From Candidatus Nitrosopumilus koreensis AR1 (GTDB lineage: Archaea; Thermoproteota; Nitrososphaeria; Nitrososphaerales; Nitrosopumilaceae): a stretch of DNA of 32,000 nt. The stretch covers positions 1,500,001-1,532,000 of the forward strand of contig NC_018655.1 in NCBI RefSeq assembly GCF_000299365.1, given 5' to 3'. The stretch's first letter is position 1. Each line of letters starts with the position of its first letter. Made by a program: the position numbers and the translations under genes. The notes under the pieces are model-generated. The model ran no database searches. It was not told the origin of the DNA and saw only the letters and a program-made list of their open reading frames with translations. Below, one piece after another: positions 16,963 to 25,616 of the stretch.

Positions 16963-17346
16963 TTACTCCAAATAGTCTTTGACCTTTTTTGATGCAACAT
17001 ATCCAATGTATCCTGAGATAATTGATGAAACTAATCCAGATGTTAAAGAAAGTTTTTTTGAATTATTGTTAAAAACAGATTTTGCAATTTTAGTTCCTCC
17101 AAAAATTGCACAAGCTAAACCAATCAAAACTTCAGGTGCATCATAAACAAGGTGACCAACAGGATCTTTTCTTGGATCAATTTTATCAGTATGTACTAGA
17201 AATTTGTCATTATATTCTCTAATGTGTAAATTACCATAACGATATTGTTTTAATGCTCCATTTTTTTGTCCCAGAATAGTTTCTTCTGCTCCGCCAATCA
17301 TAAATTCACGTAATTCTTTTGGAACTTCAATCTCATCAAATGGCAT
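16963..17346 (-). CDS. Hypothetical protein with a C-terminal membrane segment, co-oriented 3 nt upstream of the ABC1 kinase
   Basis: 127 aa. Soluble N-terminal part (YRYGNLHIREYNDKFLVHTDKIDPRKDPVGHLVYD), then two hydrophobic stretches. Its stop lies 3 nt before the ABC1 ATG. Confidence 0.6.
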   Translation of the reverse strand: MPFDEIEVPKELREFMIGGAEETILGQKNGALKQYRYGNLHIREYNDKFLVHTDKIDPRKDPVGHLVYDAPEVLIGLACAIFGGTKIAKSVFNNNSKKLSLTSGLVSSIISGYIGYVASKKVKDYLE

Positions 17347-17401
17347 GATCGCAAGATCTAGTAATTGCTTATATTTTTAGTGTAAAAGACAAAATTCTAA
17401 A

Positions 17402-17599
17402 TTAATCTTTGAGCCTGTCTTTTGTAAAAATTACAAAACTAATACTAAAGGCTATGAGCATAGCAATTCCAGGAATATACGCATAGTTGAATCCAACTCC
17501 AGGATGGGTTTGTTGGTGATAGTTATTGATAAGAAATGTAACAACTAACAAAATAGAACCAATTATTGTTAGTTTTCTATGAATTTCCACTAAATTCAT
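17402..17599 (-). CDS. Small two-TM membrane protein
   Basis: 65 aa with two hydrophobic helices (LTIIGSILLVVTFLI and IPGIAMLIAFSISFVIF). Confidence 0.45.
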   Translation of the reverse strand: MNLVEIHRKLTIIGSILLVVTFLINNYHQQTHPGVGFNYAYIPGIAMLIAFSISFVIFTKDRLKD

Positions 17600-17761
17600 A
17601 ATTTTGATAGTTACTATATGAATTTAGAAAAAAATTACAATAGTGGGGTCGTAATAAATCCCACAATACTACCAGCTAGAAATAGAAATATTCCCTTTGC
17701 CATATAGATTCCCAATATAATATCAGACAATTATGATATAAGTTTTGAATTGATTTTCAGA

Positions 17762-18094
17762 TCAGGGATTAGATTTCATTTCAGATAATTTTTGGATTAC
17801 CTGTTCGAGTTCTGCTTTATTGTCACGAATTACTCGTTTTACAACTTCAATTTCTTCATTAAGCCTTTCTAGTTGTTCATTATCAGAATTTTTTATTTGG
17901 TTTTCTAAATCTGCTAAAACTTGTTTATTATACTGATTAATTTTTTCTAATTCATTTTTGTAGTTCTCCAAATTTGTATATTGATTTGAAATTTTAGGAA
18001 TATCTGCAATTTCTTGATTTGTGATAAAACCAGAAACAGCAACAACGGCCCCTATCACTAACACTGAAATAATAACAATAATACTTAGTCTCAT
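17762..18094 (-). CDS. N-terminally anchored coiled-coil protein
   Basis: 110 aa. TM anchor (LSIIVIISVLVIGAVVAVSGF) followed by heptad-like charged sequence (NLENYKNELEKINQYNKQVLADLENQIKN...). It lies 39 nt downstream of the surface-protein gene on the same strand. Confidence 0.55.
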   Translation of the reverse strand: MRLSIIVIISVLVIGAVVAVSGFITNQEIADIPKISNQYTNLENYKNELEKINQYNKQVLADLENQIKNSDNEQLERLNEEIEVVKRVIRDNKAELEQVIQKLSEMKSNP

Positions 18095-18133
18095 TTTGAA
18101 TCGTTCTCTAGTCTACAGATAAAGATTAAAAAT

Positions 18134-19441
18134 TTAATCACTGGCGTCAATTGTAGTTTTTTTACGCCTACGCATTACGTAAATTCCCACAGCAATAGCA
18201 ATTACAACTGGAACAATAATCATTGTAGAATCTAGACCAGATTCATCATCATTTGAAGGCTCATTTACAAGAATAGTAACATCTTCAATAACAAAGAGCT
18301 CATCTCTAACACTATCTTTGTATCTTACGGTAATTGTAATGTCATGTTCCCCATATTTTGGTTCACCATCAAATTCAATTGGAATGTTAAATGGTACAGG
18401 TGCATCAACTTCAATTTCGTCAATAAACTGAGTGTTTGGTTTAATGTTTGAATCACCACGAGGTTCAAGACTTACAAATCCAAACAAACCATCTTCATTT
18501 CCTTCATTGATGATTTCTCCAATTACCATCTGTGTTCCAGATAATTCAATAACATCAACATTGAATATTGTAAGTTCTATCAGTCCTTTAATGTAAAAAT
18601 CAACAATTTTTGAAATCACATGTTGATCACCATGAGCATTATAGTACGATATGGACAAAGGAATTCTCAAAGTATCATCTTTGAGTCCTTCTGGCACATA
18701 CACTGTTGCAGTAAGATGTCTAGTAGACTTTGGTTCGATGTTTCCAACATCCCAATTAGATTCTAAGATTACGACATTCTCTACATTAGTAGTAGATGAC
18801 GTAGTTGATGCACGTTCTGTTTGTGTATTAGATGCAACAATATCAACACTGGAAATTGGAGCTGTTCCATCATTTGCAATTTCAATTACTACATTGTTTG
18901 TTCGCAGAGAAGTGAGAAATGGTTCTAATGCTCTTACATTTATCACACTGTCACCTGTTACCTTGAAATCAAAGTCTTCAAACGCAGTTCGAACACCAGA
19001 TTCTCTTAATCTAGAATAATCGACTTTGACAGTTCCAGGATATTGCTGAATATTGACATTTTTATCTATATTTACAAAGAATGTAAGATGGAAAGTCTCT
19101 CCCGCTAGAGAGTTTGAATCACTATCAGCTTTAATTATTGATCCAGGACCATCAGATGCAGAAAAACCAAAGGGTAATGACAATTGTCCTTTGATTCCTG
19201 TGATATCTTGAGTTCCGACATTTGCAAAGACTACAGTAAATGGAACATTGCTATCTCCAGCCTCAACTTCTATTTTCTGATTTAATGTGCCAAAATATGC
19301 ATCTAAGAATTTAACGTCACCGAAATCTCTTTCAAAAGGAGAATCTCCAAACCCACCAGATGTAATTTGCCCATATGAATTTCCTATGAATAGTGGTATT
19401 ACCAAAATTCCAAGTAACATAAAGAATAGTTTTTGATTCAT
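18134..19441 (-). CDS. Secreted, C-terminally anchored surface protein with three beta-sandwich (CARDB / COG1361 S-layer-domain-like) repeats
   Basis: 435 aa. Has a signal peptide (FFMLLGILVIPLFIGNSYG) and three segments of alternating-strand pattern. Representative stretches are VPFTVVFANVGTQDITG, VVIEIANDGTAPISS and VIGEIINEGNEDG. The C-terminus has a TM helix plus RRRKK. The start overlaps the ABC ATPase stop by 1 nt (TAATG). Confidence 0.7.
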   Translation of the reverse strand: MNQKLFFMLLGILVIPLFIGNSYGQITSGGFGDSPFERDFGDVKFLDAYFGTLNQKIEVEAGDSNVPFTVVFANVGTQDITGIKGQLSLPFGFSASDGPGSIIKADSDSNSLAGETFHLTFFVNIDKNVNIQQYPGTVKVDYSRLRESGVRTAFEDFDFKVTGDSVINVRALEPFLTSLRTNNVVIEIANDGTAPISSVDIVASNTQTERASTTSSTTNVENVVILESNWDVGNIEPKSTRHLTATVYVPEGLKDDTLRIPLSISYYNAHGDQHVISKIVDFYIKGLIELTIFNVDVIELSGTQMVIGEIINEGNEDGLFGFVSLEPRGDSNIKPNTQFIDEIEVDAPVPFNIPIEFDGEPKYGEHDITITVRYKDSVRDELFVIEDVTILVNEPSNDDESGLDSTMIIVPVVIAIAVGIYVMRRRKKTTIDASD

Positions 19442-20118
19442 TATGCTAAAACCTCCATTTCAGATGGCATATCTCCCTCAAAGGCCTTGCCATCTTTTAT
19501 CGTAATTACTTTATCCACATCACCAAAGTGTTGACGATCGTGTGTAACAATAACAAATGTTTGGTTGAGTTTTTTTGCCATAGACTTCATCAGTTGAACG
19601 ATAGTTTCAGATGTGACAGAATCAAGATTTCCTGTTGGTTCATCTGCCAAAACAATTGAGGGTTTATTGATTAATCCTCTTGCAATTGCTGCTCTTTGAG
19701 CTTGTCCTCCTGAAATATTGTTTGCACGTTTATACATTTGATCTTCTAATCCAACTGCTTTTAGCAAATCTTTTGCATCTTTTTCAGCAGTGTTATTTGT
19801 TCCTGCAATTTGTCTTGGCAGCAACACATTTTCCAAAACTGTTAGGTCAGTAAGCAAATTTGAAAACTGGAAGATGAATCCTAGTTTTTTATTTCTAAAT
19901 GAAGATATTTTGTCGTCATCAAGAGTAGTAGTATCAGTTCCATCAATGAAGATCTTGCCACTTGTGGGACGGTCAAGCAAACCAATCATGTTAAGTAAGG
20001 TAGATTTTCCTGAACCAGAACTTCCAACAATTAAAACAATTTCACCTTGTTCTACTGAAAGAGTTGCATTATCAAGAGCTTTGACTCTATTCTCGCCTTC
20101 ACCATAGACTTTAGTCAA
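19441..20118 (-). CDS. ABC transporter ATP-binding protein (MacB/LolD-type)
   Basis: Walker A GSSGSGKST, Q-loop, signature ISGGQAQRAAIARGL, Walker B IVLADEPTGNLD and an H-loop VTHD. The first canonical start (TTG 20118) cuts off an in-frame upstream VLEINNL that resembles the conserved first beta-strand. Confidence 0.9.
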   Translation of the reverse strand: MTKVYGEGENRVKALDNATLSVEQGEIVLIVGSSGSGKSTLLNMIGLLDRPTSGKIFIDGTDTTTLDDDKISSFRNKKLGFIFQFSNLLTDLTVLENVLLPRQIAGTNNTAEKDAKDLLKAVGLEDQMYKRANNISGGQAQRAAIARGLINKPSIVLADEPTGNLDSVTSETIVQLMKSMAKKLNQTFVIVTHDRQHFGDVDKVITIKDGKAFEGDMPSEMEVLA

Positions 20119-20137
20119 ATTGTTAATCTCTAATACC

Positions 20138-21325
20138 TTAGACAGTTCTCATCGCCTCCACTGGTAATAGTTTAGTCGCCCTATACGATGGATAGAGCGA
20201 TGCAATAATAGCTAAAACAAAAGAAGTTAAAGCAGTTTGAATTATCTTCTCCCAATTGTAAGTTACTTCAAGAGGTAAACTATTGTTAAAAGACATTTTG
20301 GTTTCCTTTGCATAGAAAGTATATCCCAAGCCTGCGGCTGTGCCTACACCGGCACCTATTGCACCAATAATCATACCTTGGAAAATAAAGATAATCAGAA
20401 TATCTTTTCTTTTAGCTCCAATAGATCTCATAACACCAATTTCACGGGTTTTTCCATTTACTAACATCATCTGAATTGTTACAATAGCAAAAGCTGAAGA
20501 CATCATTCCAAAATAACCAATCATGTTAATCATTGCAATACCAGATCTAAAACCAGCAAGTTGTTCTTCAGCTGATTCTTCTATTGTTTCGGCAATAAAA
20601 TCATCATTTGGAAACGAACGCAAGAAAAATTCCTTTACTTCAAATGCTTTTGTAGGATCATTTAGTTTTACCATAAAGGATCCCGTATCACCTTGTCTAT
20701 TCATCATATCACGCAAAGTATCAATATGAACAACTGCTGTATAATCAAATCCTTGACCTCCAGGTGACTTTGCAATTCCTGAAACAGTAAATCTTCTTAT
20801 TTGATCCTCTCCCCATCTGTCAGTTACTAGAACTTTTACACTGTCACCAACTTGAGCTCCACCAAGATCTCTTGCAACATTAGAACCTAATACAATAGAA
20901 TTTCTTGAAAAAACATAGCTTCCTTCTGAAACAGTTTCATGGACAGTGGATGCCCTAACATCTCTAAAAGGATCAATTCCAACTATAGGAATTCGTGTTT
21001 CTTCAATTAGTTTTCCATTCTTTGTCATATTCATTTCAGCAGTTGATGAAAGCCGCGGCGTTGCCGCTTCAACATATGGAATTCGTTCAAACCAATTTAC
21101 AATAGATAAATCTGATTTATCGATATAATCTGCCTCATCAGTTACAAGAATGTCACCATTTCTATAATCACTAATATCTCGAACAATTGCATCAAACAAT
21201 CCCTGAAAAATTACAAAATTTACATGAATTACTAAAATCCCAATGGTGACAGCTAAAACTGCACCAATCAAACTTCCTTTTTTGTTAAACAACATTCTTT
21301 TTGCTAATCTTAATCGATATTCCAC
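20138..21325 (-). CDS. ABC transporter permease, FtsX/MacB-LolCE family
   Basis: 395 aa. Layout is TM1, a large extracytoplasmic domain, then three C-terminal TM helices with the FtsX-type block MRSIGAKRKDILIIFIFQGMIIGAIGAGVG. GTG start. Confidence 0.9.
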   Translation of the reverse strand: MEYRLRLAKRMLFNKKGSLIGAVLAVTIGILVIHVNFVIFQGLFDAIVRDISDYRNGDILVTDEADYIDKSDLSIVNWFERIPYVEAATPRLSSTAEMNMTKNGKLIEETRIPIVGIDPFRDVRASTVHETVSEGSYVFSRNSIVLGSNVARDLGGAQVGDSVKVLVTDRWGEDQIRRFTVSGIAKSPGGQGFDYTAVVHIDTLRDMMNRQGDTGSFMVKLNDPTKAFEVKEFFLRSFPNDDFIAETIEESAEEQLAGFRSGIAMINMIGYFGMMSSAFAIVTIQMMLVNGKTREIGVMRSIGAKRKDILIIFIFQGMIIGAIGAGVGTAAGLGYTFYAKETKMSFNNSLPLEVTYNWEKIIQTALTSFVLAIIASLYPSYRATKLLPVEAMRTV

Positions 21326-21441
21326 GGGATCAATAAAATAGTCTGATATATAATGTTTATAATGTCTAGTGCTAATAATATAGACAATTTTATATGATAT
21401 TGGTTAACTATGAATTGTAGAATAGTATCAAGGATGATAAA

Positions 21442-22344
21442 ATGGACAATTTAGATATGAAAATACTGAACAGATTGCTCAATAATTGTAGAGAATCTGA
21501 TAGACAGATAGGAAAGGAACTAGGAATTTCAGGAGGAGCAGTACGTGTCAGAATAAAAAAAATGCAAGAAAGAGGAGTTATTGAGAAATTTTTCCTCAAA
21601 ATCGAACCTCCAATTTTAGGTAATGGTGTTTTGTATTTTGTAGTATCAGGAGAAAATATCCAAGAGATAATAGAGCAAGTCAGTTTAGTGGGCGAACCTT
21701 ACATAGTTGTCCCATGTGTGGGAGGAGTTACAGTATGTGGTATCGCTATTAAAGAAAATTTAAAACAAAAAATAGAGCTTGCAAAAAAATTAATGAAAGA
21801 TCTCAGAGTCTTGTCAATTTTTGAAGCTGAAAATTCAGAGTTTAATTCTAATTTAACAAAAACAGATTTAGAAATTTTAGAAGAGTTGATTAAAGAACCA
21901 AGACAAAAAATTGAGAAAATTGCAAAGAAAACAGATCTATCAACTAAGACAATTACAAGATGCATAGAAAAATTACATAACAATAATGGTTTTCAATTTA
22001 CTTTAATTTATGATCCTACAAAAATTGAAGATTTTATTCCACATGCAGTACTTACATGGATTGAGGGGGATTTAAAAGAAACATTAGAAGATTTGAATAA
22101 TACATTTTCAGAATCTTATTTACAAATTCCTTTTATTGCAAAAAATCAAATTGTATTATTTTTGTACAGTAATAGCATATTTGAAATGGATGAACTAGCA
22201 CAAAAAATTAGAACAAGAAAAAATGTGAAATCAACAGATTTGTTCATTCCTAAAAAAATTTCATTTTATACAAATTGGATCAAAAATGCAATCAAAGAGT
22301 CAAAGAAATCATCAAAATTGCATCTTACATATCAAACAAATTAA
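21442..22344 (+). CDS. Tandem (duplicated) Lrp/AsnC-family transcriptional regulator
   Basis: 300 aa. There are two HTH_AsnC-like modules (DMKILNRLLNNCRESDRQIGKELGISGGAVRVRIKKMQERGVI and DLEILEELIKEPRQKIEKIAKKTDLSTKTITRCIEKL). Each is followed by an effector-domain-sized (RAM-like) segment. Confidence 0.8.
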   Translation: MDNLDMKILNRLLNNCRESDRQIGKELGISGGAVRVRIKKMQERGVIEKFFLKIEPPILGNGVLYFVVSGENIQEIIEQVSLVGEPYIVVPCVGGVTVCGIAIKENLKQKIELAKKLMKDLRVLSIFEAENSEFNSNLTKTDLEILEELIKEPRQKIEKIAKKTDLSTKTITRCIEKLHNNNGFQFTLIYDPTKIEDFIPHAVLTWIEGDLKETLEDLNNTFSESYLQIPFIAKNQIVLFLYSNSIFEMDELAQKIRTRKNVKSTDLFIPKKISFYTNWIKNAIKESKKSSKLHLTYQTN

Positions 22345-22368
22345 ATAATAATGATTTTATGAAATTGC

Positions 22369-22884
22369 ATGAAGAAAAAGAAGATCTACGAAGGTAAAAT
22401 TTTAGGTCTTAGTGTTTATGATGGCAAGATAGAAGGTAGAAAAGTAAAACGAGAGGTTATAGAACATAGAGGAGCTGCTGCCATGCTAGCCTTTGATGAA
22501 GATAAAAAAGTAATTTTGGTAAAACAGCATAGATTTCCACATGGGTATGTTTTAGAGATTCCCGCAGGCACATTAGAAAAAAAAGAGCATCCTATCAAAT
22601 GTGCATTTAGGGAATTAGAAGAGGAGACAGGATATAGAGCAAAGAAAATGACTCCGCTAATCACATACTATCCATCAATTGGTTATAACTCAGAGATAAT
22701 CCACTGTTTTGTAGCCTCAGGATTGAAGAAAATTGCCGAGTTGAAACTAGATGATGATGAGATTCTTTCAGTAGTAAAAGTAGATATGAAAAAACTACTC
22801 AGTATGATAAAGTCTGGGAAAATCCAGGATTCAAAGACCATATGTGCAGTTTTGACATATGCTGCAAAAAAGAAACTATACTAA
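22369..22884 (+). CDS. NUDIX hydrolase (ADP-ribose pyrophosphatase-like)
   Basis: 171 aa with the Nudix box GTLEKKEHPIKCAFRELEEETGY (G-x5-E-x7-REUxEExGU). Confidence 0.9.
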   Translation: MKKKKIYEGKILGLSVYDGKIEGRKVKREVIEHRGAAAMLAFDEDKKVILVKQHRFPHGYVLEIPAGTLEKKEHPIKCAFRELEEETGYRAKKMTPLITYYPSIGYNSEIIHCFVASGLKKIAELKLDDDEILSVVKVDMKKLLSMIKSGKIQDSKTICAVLTYAAKKKLY

Positions 22885-23865
22885 TTATTCATTATAGATT
22901 GGTTGAACAAGATCTGCCACATCAGCCCAAGACTGAGCAATTCTTTCAAACATAAACACCATATCAAGAAAATCAATTGGAATTTCTTTTTTGTTGCCTA
23001 ATGTGACTCTGAGTTTACCAAGTTTGTCTTCAAATTTTTTATGTAGCGATATTGCCTCAATTGCCAAAAGCCTATCAGGTTTTGTAAAAGCATCAATTGA
23101 TTTTTCTGCTAATTTACTAAAGTCTTTTACAACATCATAGATTTTCTTGTATTGTTCCTTTGATAGAGAAGAGTTGTAAATAAAATCAGAAAGTTCTACA
23201 ATAGAATCACCAGCATTCTCAAGAATATTTGCTGCAACTCTGTAATCAAGAACATCAATATTTTCTAAATTATATGCATTTGCTAACCTTTTATCAACAA
23301 GTGTACTACGAATTAATCGTACAAGTAAGAAATATTGTCTATTTACTTCTACATCACGTTTTGATAATGTTTGTAAGTTTGATTTATCATCAGTGATTAG
23401 ACCATTAGATGCATCATTATACATCCCAAGTGCAATTGAACTCATACGTTTGAGAATTTTTTCAGGATTAAGAGTGGTAGAATCTAATAGAAACTGCATG
23501 TTAATGTGTGATGCGTCCTCTTCAATTATCTCCATTCCAACAAGTCGTCTCATAGAATTACGAATTTTTTCTCTATCTTCTCCGGGAATCATAGAATCAG
23601 AAATAATCTCAATAATATCATATCCTAAAAGATAAGCACCTGTAATATCAGCTACAATATTTTCTTCTTTTGGTAAGGGGTATGAAATTACAAGTTCTTT
23701 TGTTGGACGTGTTTCTCTGTTTGCAGAAATTGAAATACTATCTTGGCCAGTTTCGAGTTCAACTTGACTACTTTTGTCTAATTTGTTTGCATCAACCCAC
23801 TCCTTTGGGAGTGAAACTAGTATGCTACTTCCAATTCTTTGTAGGCGTCTTACAAATTTAGTCAA
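22885..23865 (-). CDS. AbrB/SpoVT-domain plus PhoU-like domain regulator (archaeal phosphate uptake regulator type)
   Basis: 326 aa. The N-terminus RRLQRIGSSILVSLPKEWV is a swapped-hairpin AbrB/SpoVT motif. The remainder is a helical two-repeat region of PhoU size. Confidence 0.75.
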   Translation of the reverse strand: MTKFVRRLQRIGSSILVSLPKEWVDANKLDKSSQVELETGQDSISISANRETRPTKELVISYPLPKEENIVADITGAYLLGYDIIEIISDSMIPGEDREKIRNSMRRLVGMEIIEEDASHINMQFLLDSTTLNPEKILKRMSSIALGMYNDASNGLITDDKSNLQTLSKRDVEVNRQYFLLVRLIRSTLVDKRLANAYNLENIDVLDYRVAANILENAGDSIVELSDFIYNSSLSKEQYKKIYDVVKDFSKLAEKSIDAFTKPDRLLAIEAISLHKKFEDKLGKLRVTLGNKKEIPIDFLDMVFMFERIAQSWADVADLVQPIYNE

Positions 23866-23930
23866 TTTATACTAATTTAATTAATTTAAGCCATATTCTT
23901 ATATTTTGTGTAAAATTTAAACTCAGATCA

Positions 23931-24842
23931 ATGGAAGGAATTGCATTTTGTCCTGCACACATCACAGGTTTCTTCAAGGCCCATTTAGAAAACGATCAAA
24001 ATAATTTAGAAAGTCTAGGTTCAATGGGAGCAGGATTTTCAATCAAACAAGGTGTTACAACCAGAGTAACAGTTGATGAGAAAAATAGTCATAAATTAAA
24101 CTTTAGAATCACAACAAAGGGATACCAATCAGATAAAACAGACATTTCAGAATATGTATTAAATGAATTTCTAAAGATTGGAGATTTTAAAAATAAATTC
24201 TTTGATATTGAACATGAAATTTCAATTCCAGTTGGGTATGGTTTAGGTTCTAGTAGTGCGGTAGCATTATCATTATCGTTTGCATTAGATCAAGCACTTG
24301 ATACAAAATTAGATAAAAACACAATTGGAAAAATTGCACATAATGCAGAAGTGAATTGTAAAACTGGATTAGGAGATGTTTTAGCTTCATTTTATGGAGG
24401 ATTTGAAATCCGTGTAAAACCAGGAGCCCCAGGAATTGGAACAGTTGAAAAAATTACTACAGGTGAGATTTCAGTCATTATGATTTGTTTTTCACCGATT
24501 TCAACTAACAAATTCATTAAAGAAAGACTGTCTCAAATTAATGGACTCGGAGGAAAGATGGTTAACAGATTATTAGAATCAAAAGACTATAAACACTTTC
24601 AAGACATGTCACTAGAATTTGCAAAGTATGTAGATGTAATGACACCAAGAATGCAAAAAATTGTAGATGAATTAATTCAAAATAATATTAAATGTGGAAT
24701 TGCACTTTTTGGTGAAACAGTTTTTTCAATGGTTCCAAAAGAAGATGAAAATAAAGTTTTAGAAATTTTACAAAAATATTCTGATGGAGAAATAATCAAA
24801 TCAGAATTAGACGATATTGGAGCAAGAGTTCTTAATAATTAA
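23931..24842 (+). CDS. Pantoate kinase (archaeal GHMP-kinase family, COG1829)
   Basis: 303 aa. AFCPAHITGFF N-terminus and GHMP motif PVGYGLGSSSAVALS. Context lies directly upstream of phosphopantothenate synthetase, panB and coaBC. Confidence 0.75.
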   Translation: MEGIAFCPAHITGFFKAHLENDQNNLESLGSMGAGFSIKQGVTTRVTVDEKNSHKLNFRITTKGYQSDKTDISEYVLNEFLKIGDFKNKFFDIEHEISIPVGYGLGSSSAVALSLSFALDQALDTKLDKNTIGKIAHNAEVNCKTGLGDVLASFYGGFEIRVKPGAPGIGTVEKITTGEISVIMICFSPISTNKFIKERLSQINGLGGKMVNRLLESKDYKHFQDMSLEFAKYVDVMTPRMQKIVDELIQNNIKCGIALFGETVFSMVPKEDENKVLEILQKYSDGEIIKSELDDIGARVLNN

Positions 24843-25616
24843 TTGAAACATATGACATTAATTCCAAAGTCACATCCAAGAGCAAAGTCACTTTTAATTC
24901 GTGAAAAACTAGTTAATGGTTTTGACAAAGGATTGGTTGCAAAAGAAGGTCTTTTAGCTCAAGGTAGAGGTGAGGCATTTGACTACCTACTTGGAGAAAA
25001 AACAAATAAGGCTGCAAAACTGGCAATAAAGGCAGCAGCTGCTCAATTACTTCAGGCTAAACGACCTGTAATCTCAATTAATGGAAATGTAGCGGCACTG
25101 TGTCCAAAAGAGATTGTAAGACTATCAAAACAAGTCAAAGCCAAACTTGAAGTAAATCTATTTTATACAAATGAAAAAAGAAAACAGGCAATCATCAAAA
25201 TTCTCAAAAAAAATGGGGCAAAAGAAATCCTAGGCACGAATCCATCAGACTCTACAAGATTGCCAGGAATTGATTCAGCACGAAGGATAGTAGATAAAAA
25301 TGGAATTTTTGCAGCTGATGTAGTAGTTGTGCCATTAGAAGACGGAGACAGAACAATGGCACTAAGAAATGCAGGAAAAACAGTCATTACGTTTGATCTA
25401 AATCCACTTTCACGAACTTCACAAACTGCAGATATTACAATTGTAGATAATATTACACGAGCAATAGAATTACTAATTTCTGAGTCTAAAAAAATATCAA
25501 AAAGGAATGGAAAAGGTCGTGAAAAAATAATTTCAAATTTTGATAACAAGAAAAACCTAACAGAAAATGTTATCCAAATAAGAAATAATCTGACAAGGAG
25601 GGCAAGAGTTGCATAA
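24843..25616 (+). CDS. Phosphopantothenate synthetase (4-phosphopantoate--beta-alanine ligase, COG1701)
   Basis: 257 aa. HPRAKSLLIREKL...GLLAQGRGEAFDYLLGEKT and ISINGNVAAL blocks as I recall them for the archaeal enzyme. Starts directly after the pantoate kinase stop; ATG 24852 is an alternative start. Confidence 0.72.
   Translation: MKHMTLIPKSHPRAKSLLIREKLVNGFDKGLVAKEGLLAQGRGEAFDYLLGEKTNKAAKLAIKAAAAQLLQAKRPVISINGNVAALCPKEIVRLSKQVKAKLEVNLFYTNEKRKQAIIKILKKNGAKEILGTNPSDSTRLPGIDSARRIVDKNGIFAADVVVVPLEDGDRTMALRNAGKTVITFDLNPLSRTSQTADITIVDNITRAIELLISESKKISKRNGKGREKIISNFDNKKNLTENVIQIRNNLTRRARVA

Noticed and set aside
17635-17703. 22-aa hydrophobic ORF (MAKGIFLFLAGSIVGFITTPLL) in the 162-bp gap upstream of the 65-aa membrane protein
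   Set aside because: It is too short to distinguish from chance, and the TATA-like elements are not at the spacing seen for the other leaderless genes. It is worth checking only if transcript or Ribo-seq data exist.
25163-25549. 128-aa minus-strand track ORF inside the phosphopantothenate synthetase gene (and similar antisense ORFs at 26201..26467, 26728..27165, 27503..27712)
   Set aside because: They are antisense to well-supported CoA-pathway genes. The products are low-complexity Phe/Ser/Ile-rich, as expected from the reverse complement of Lys/Glu-rich coding sequence.
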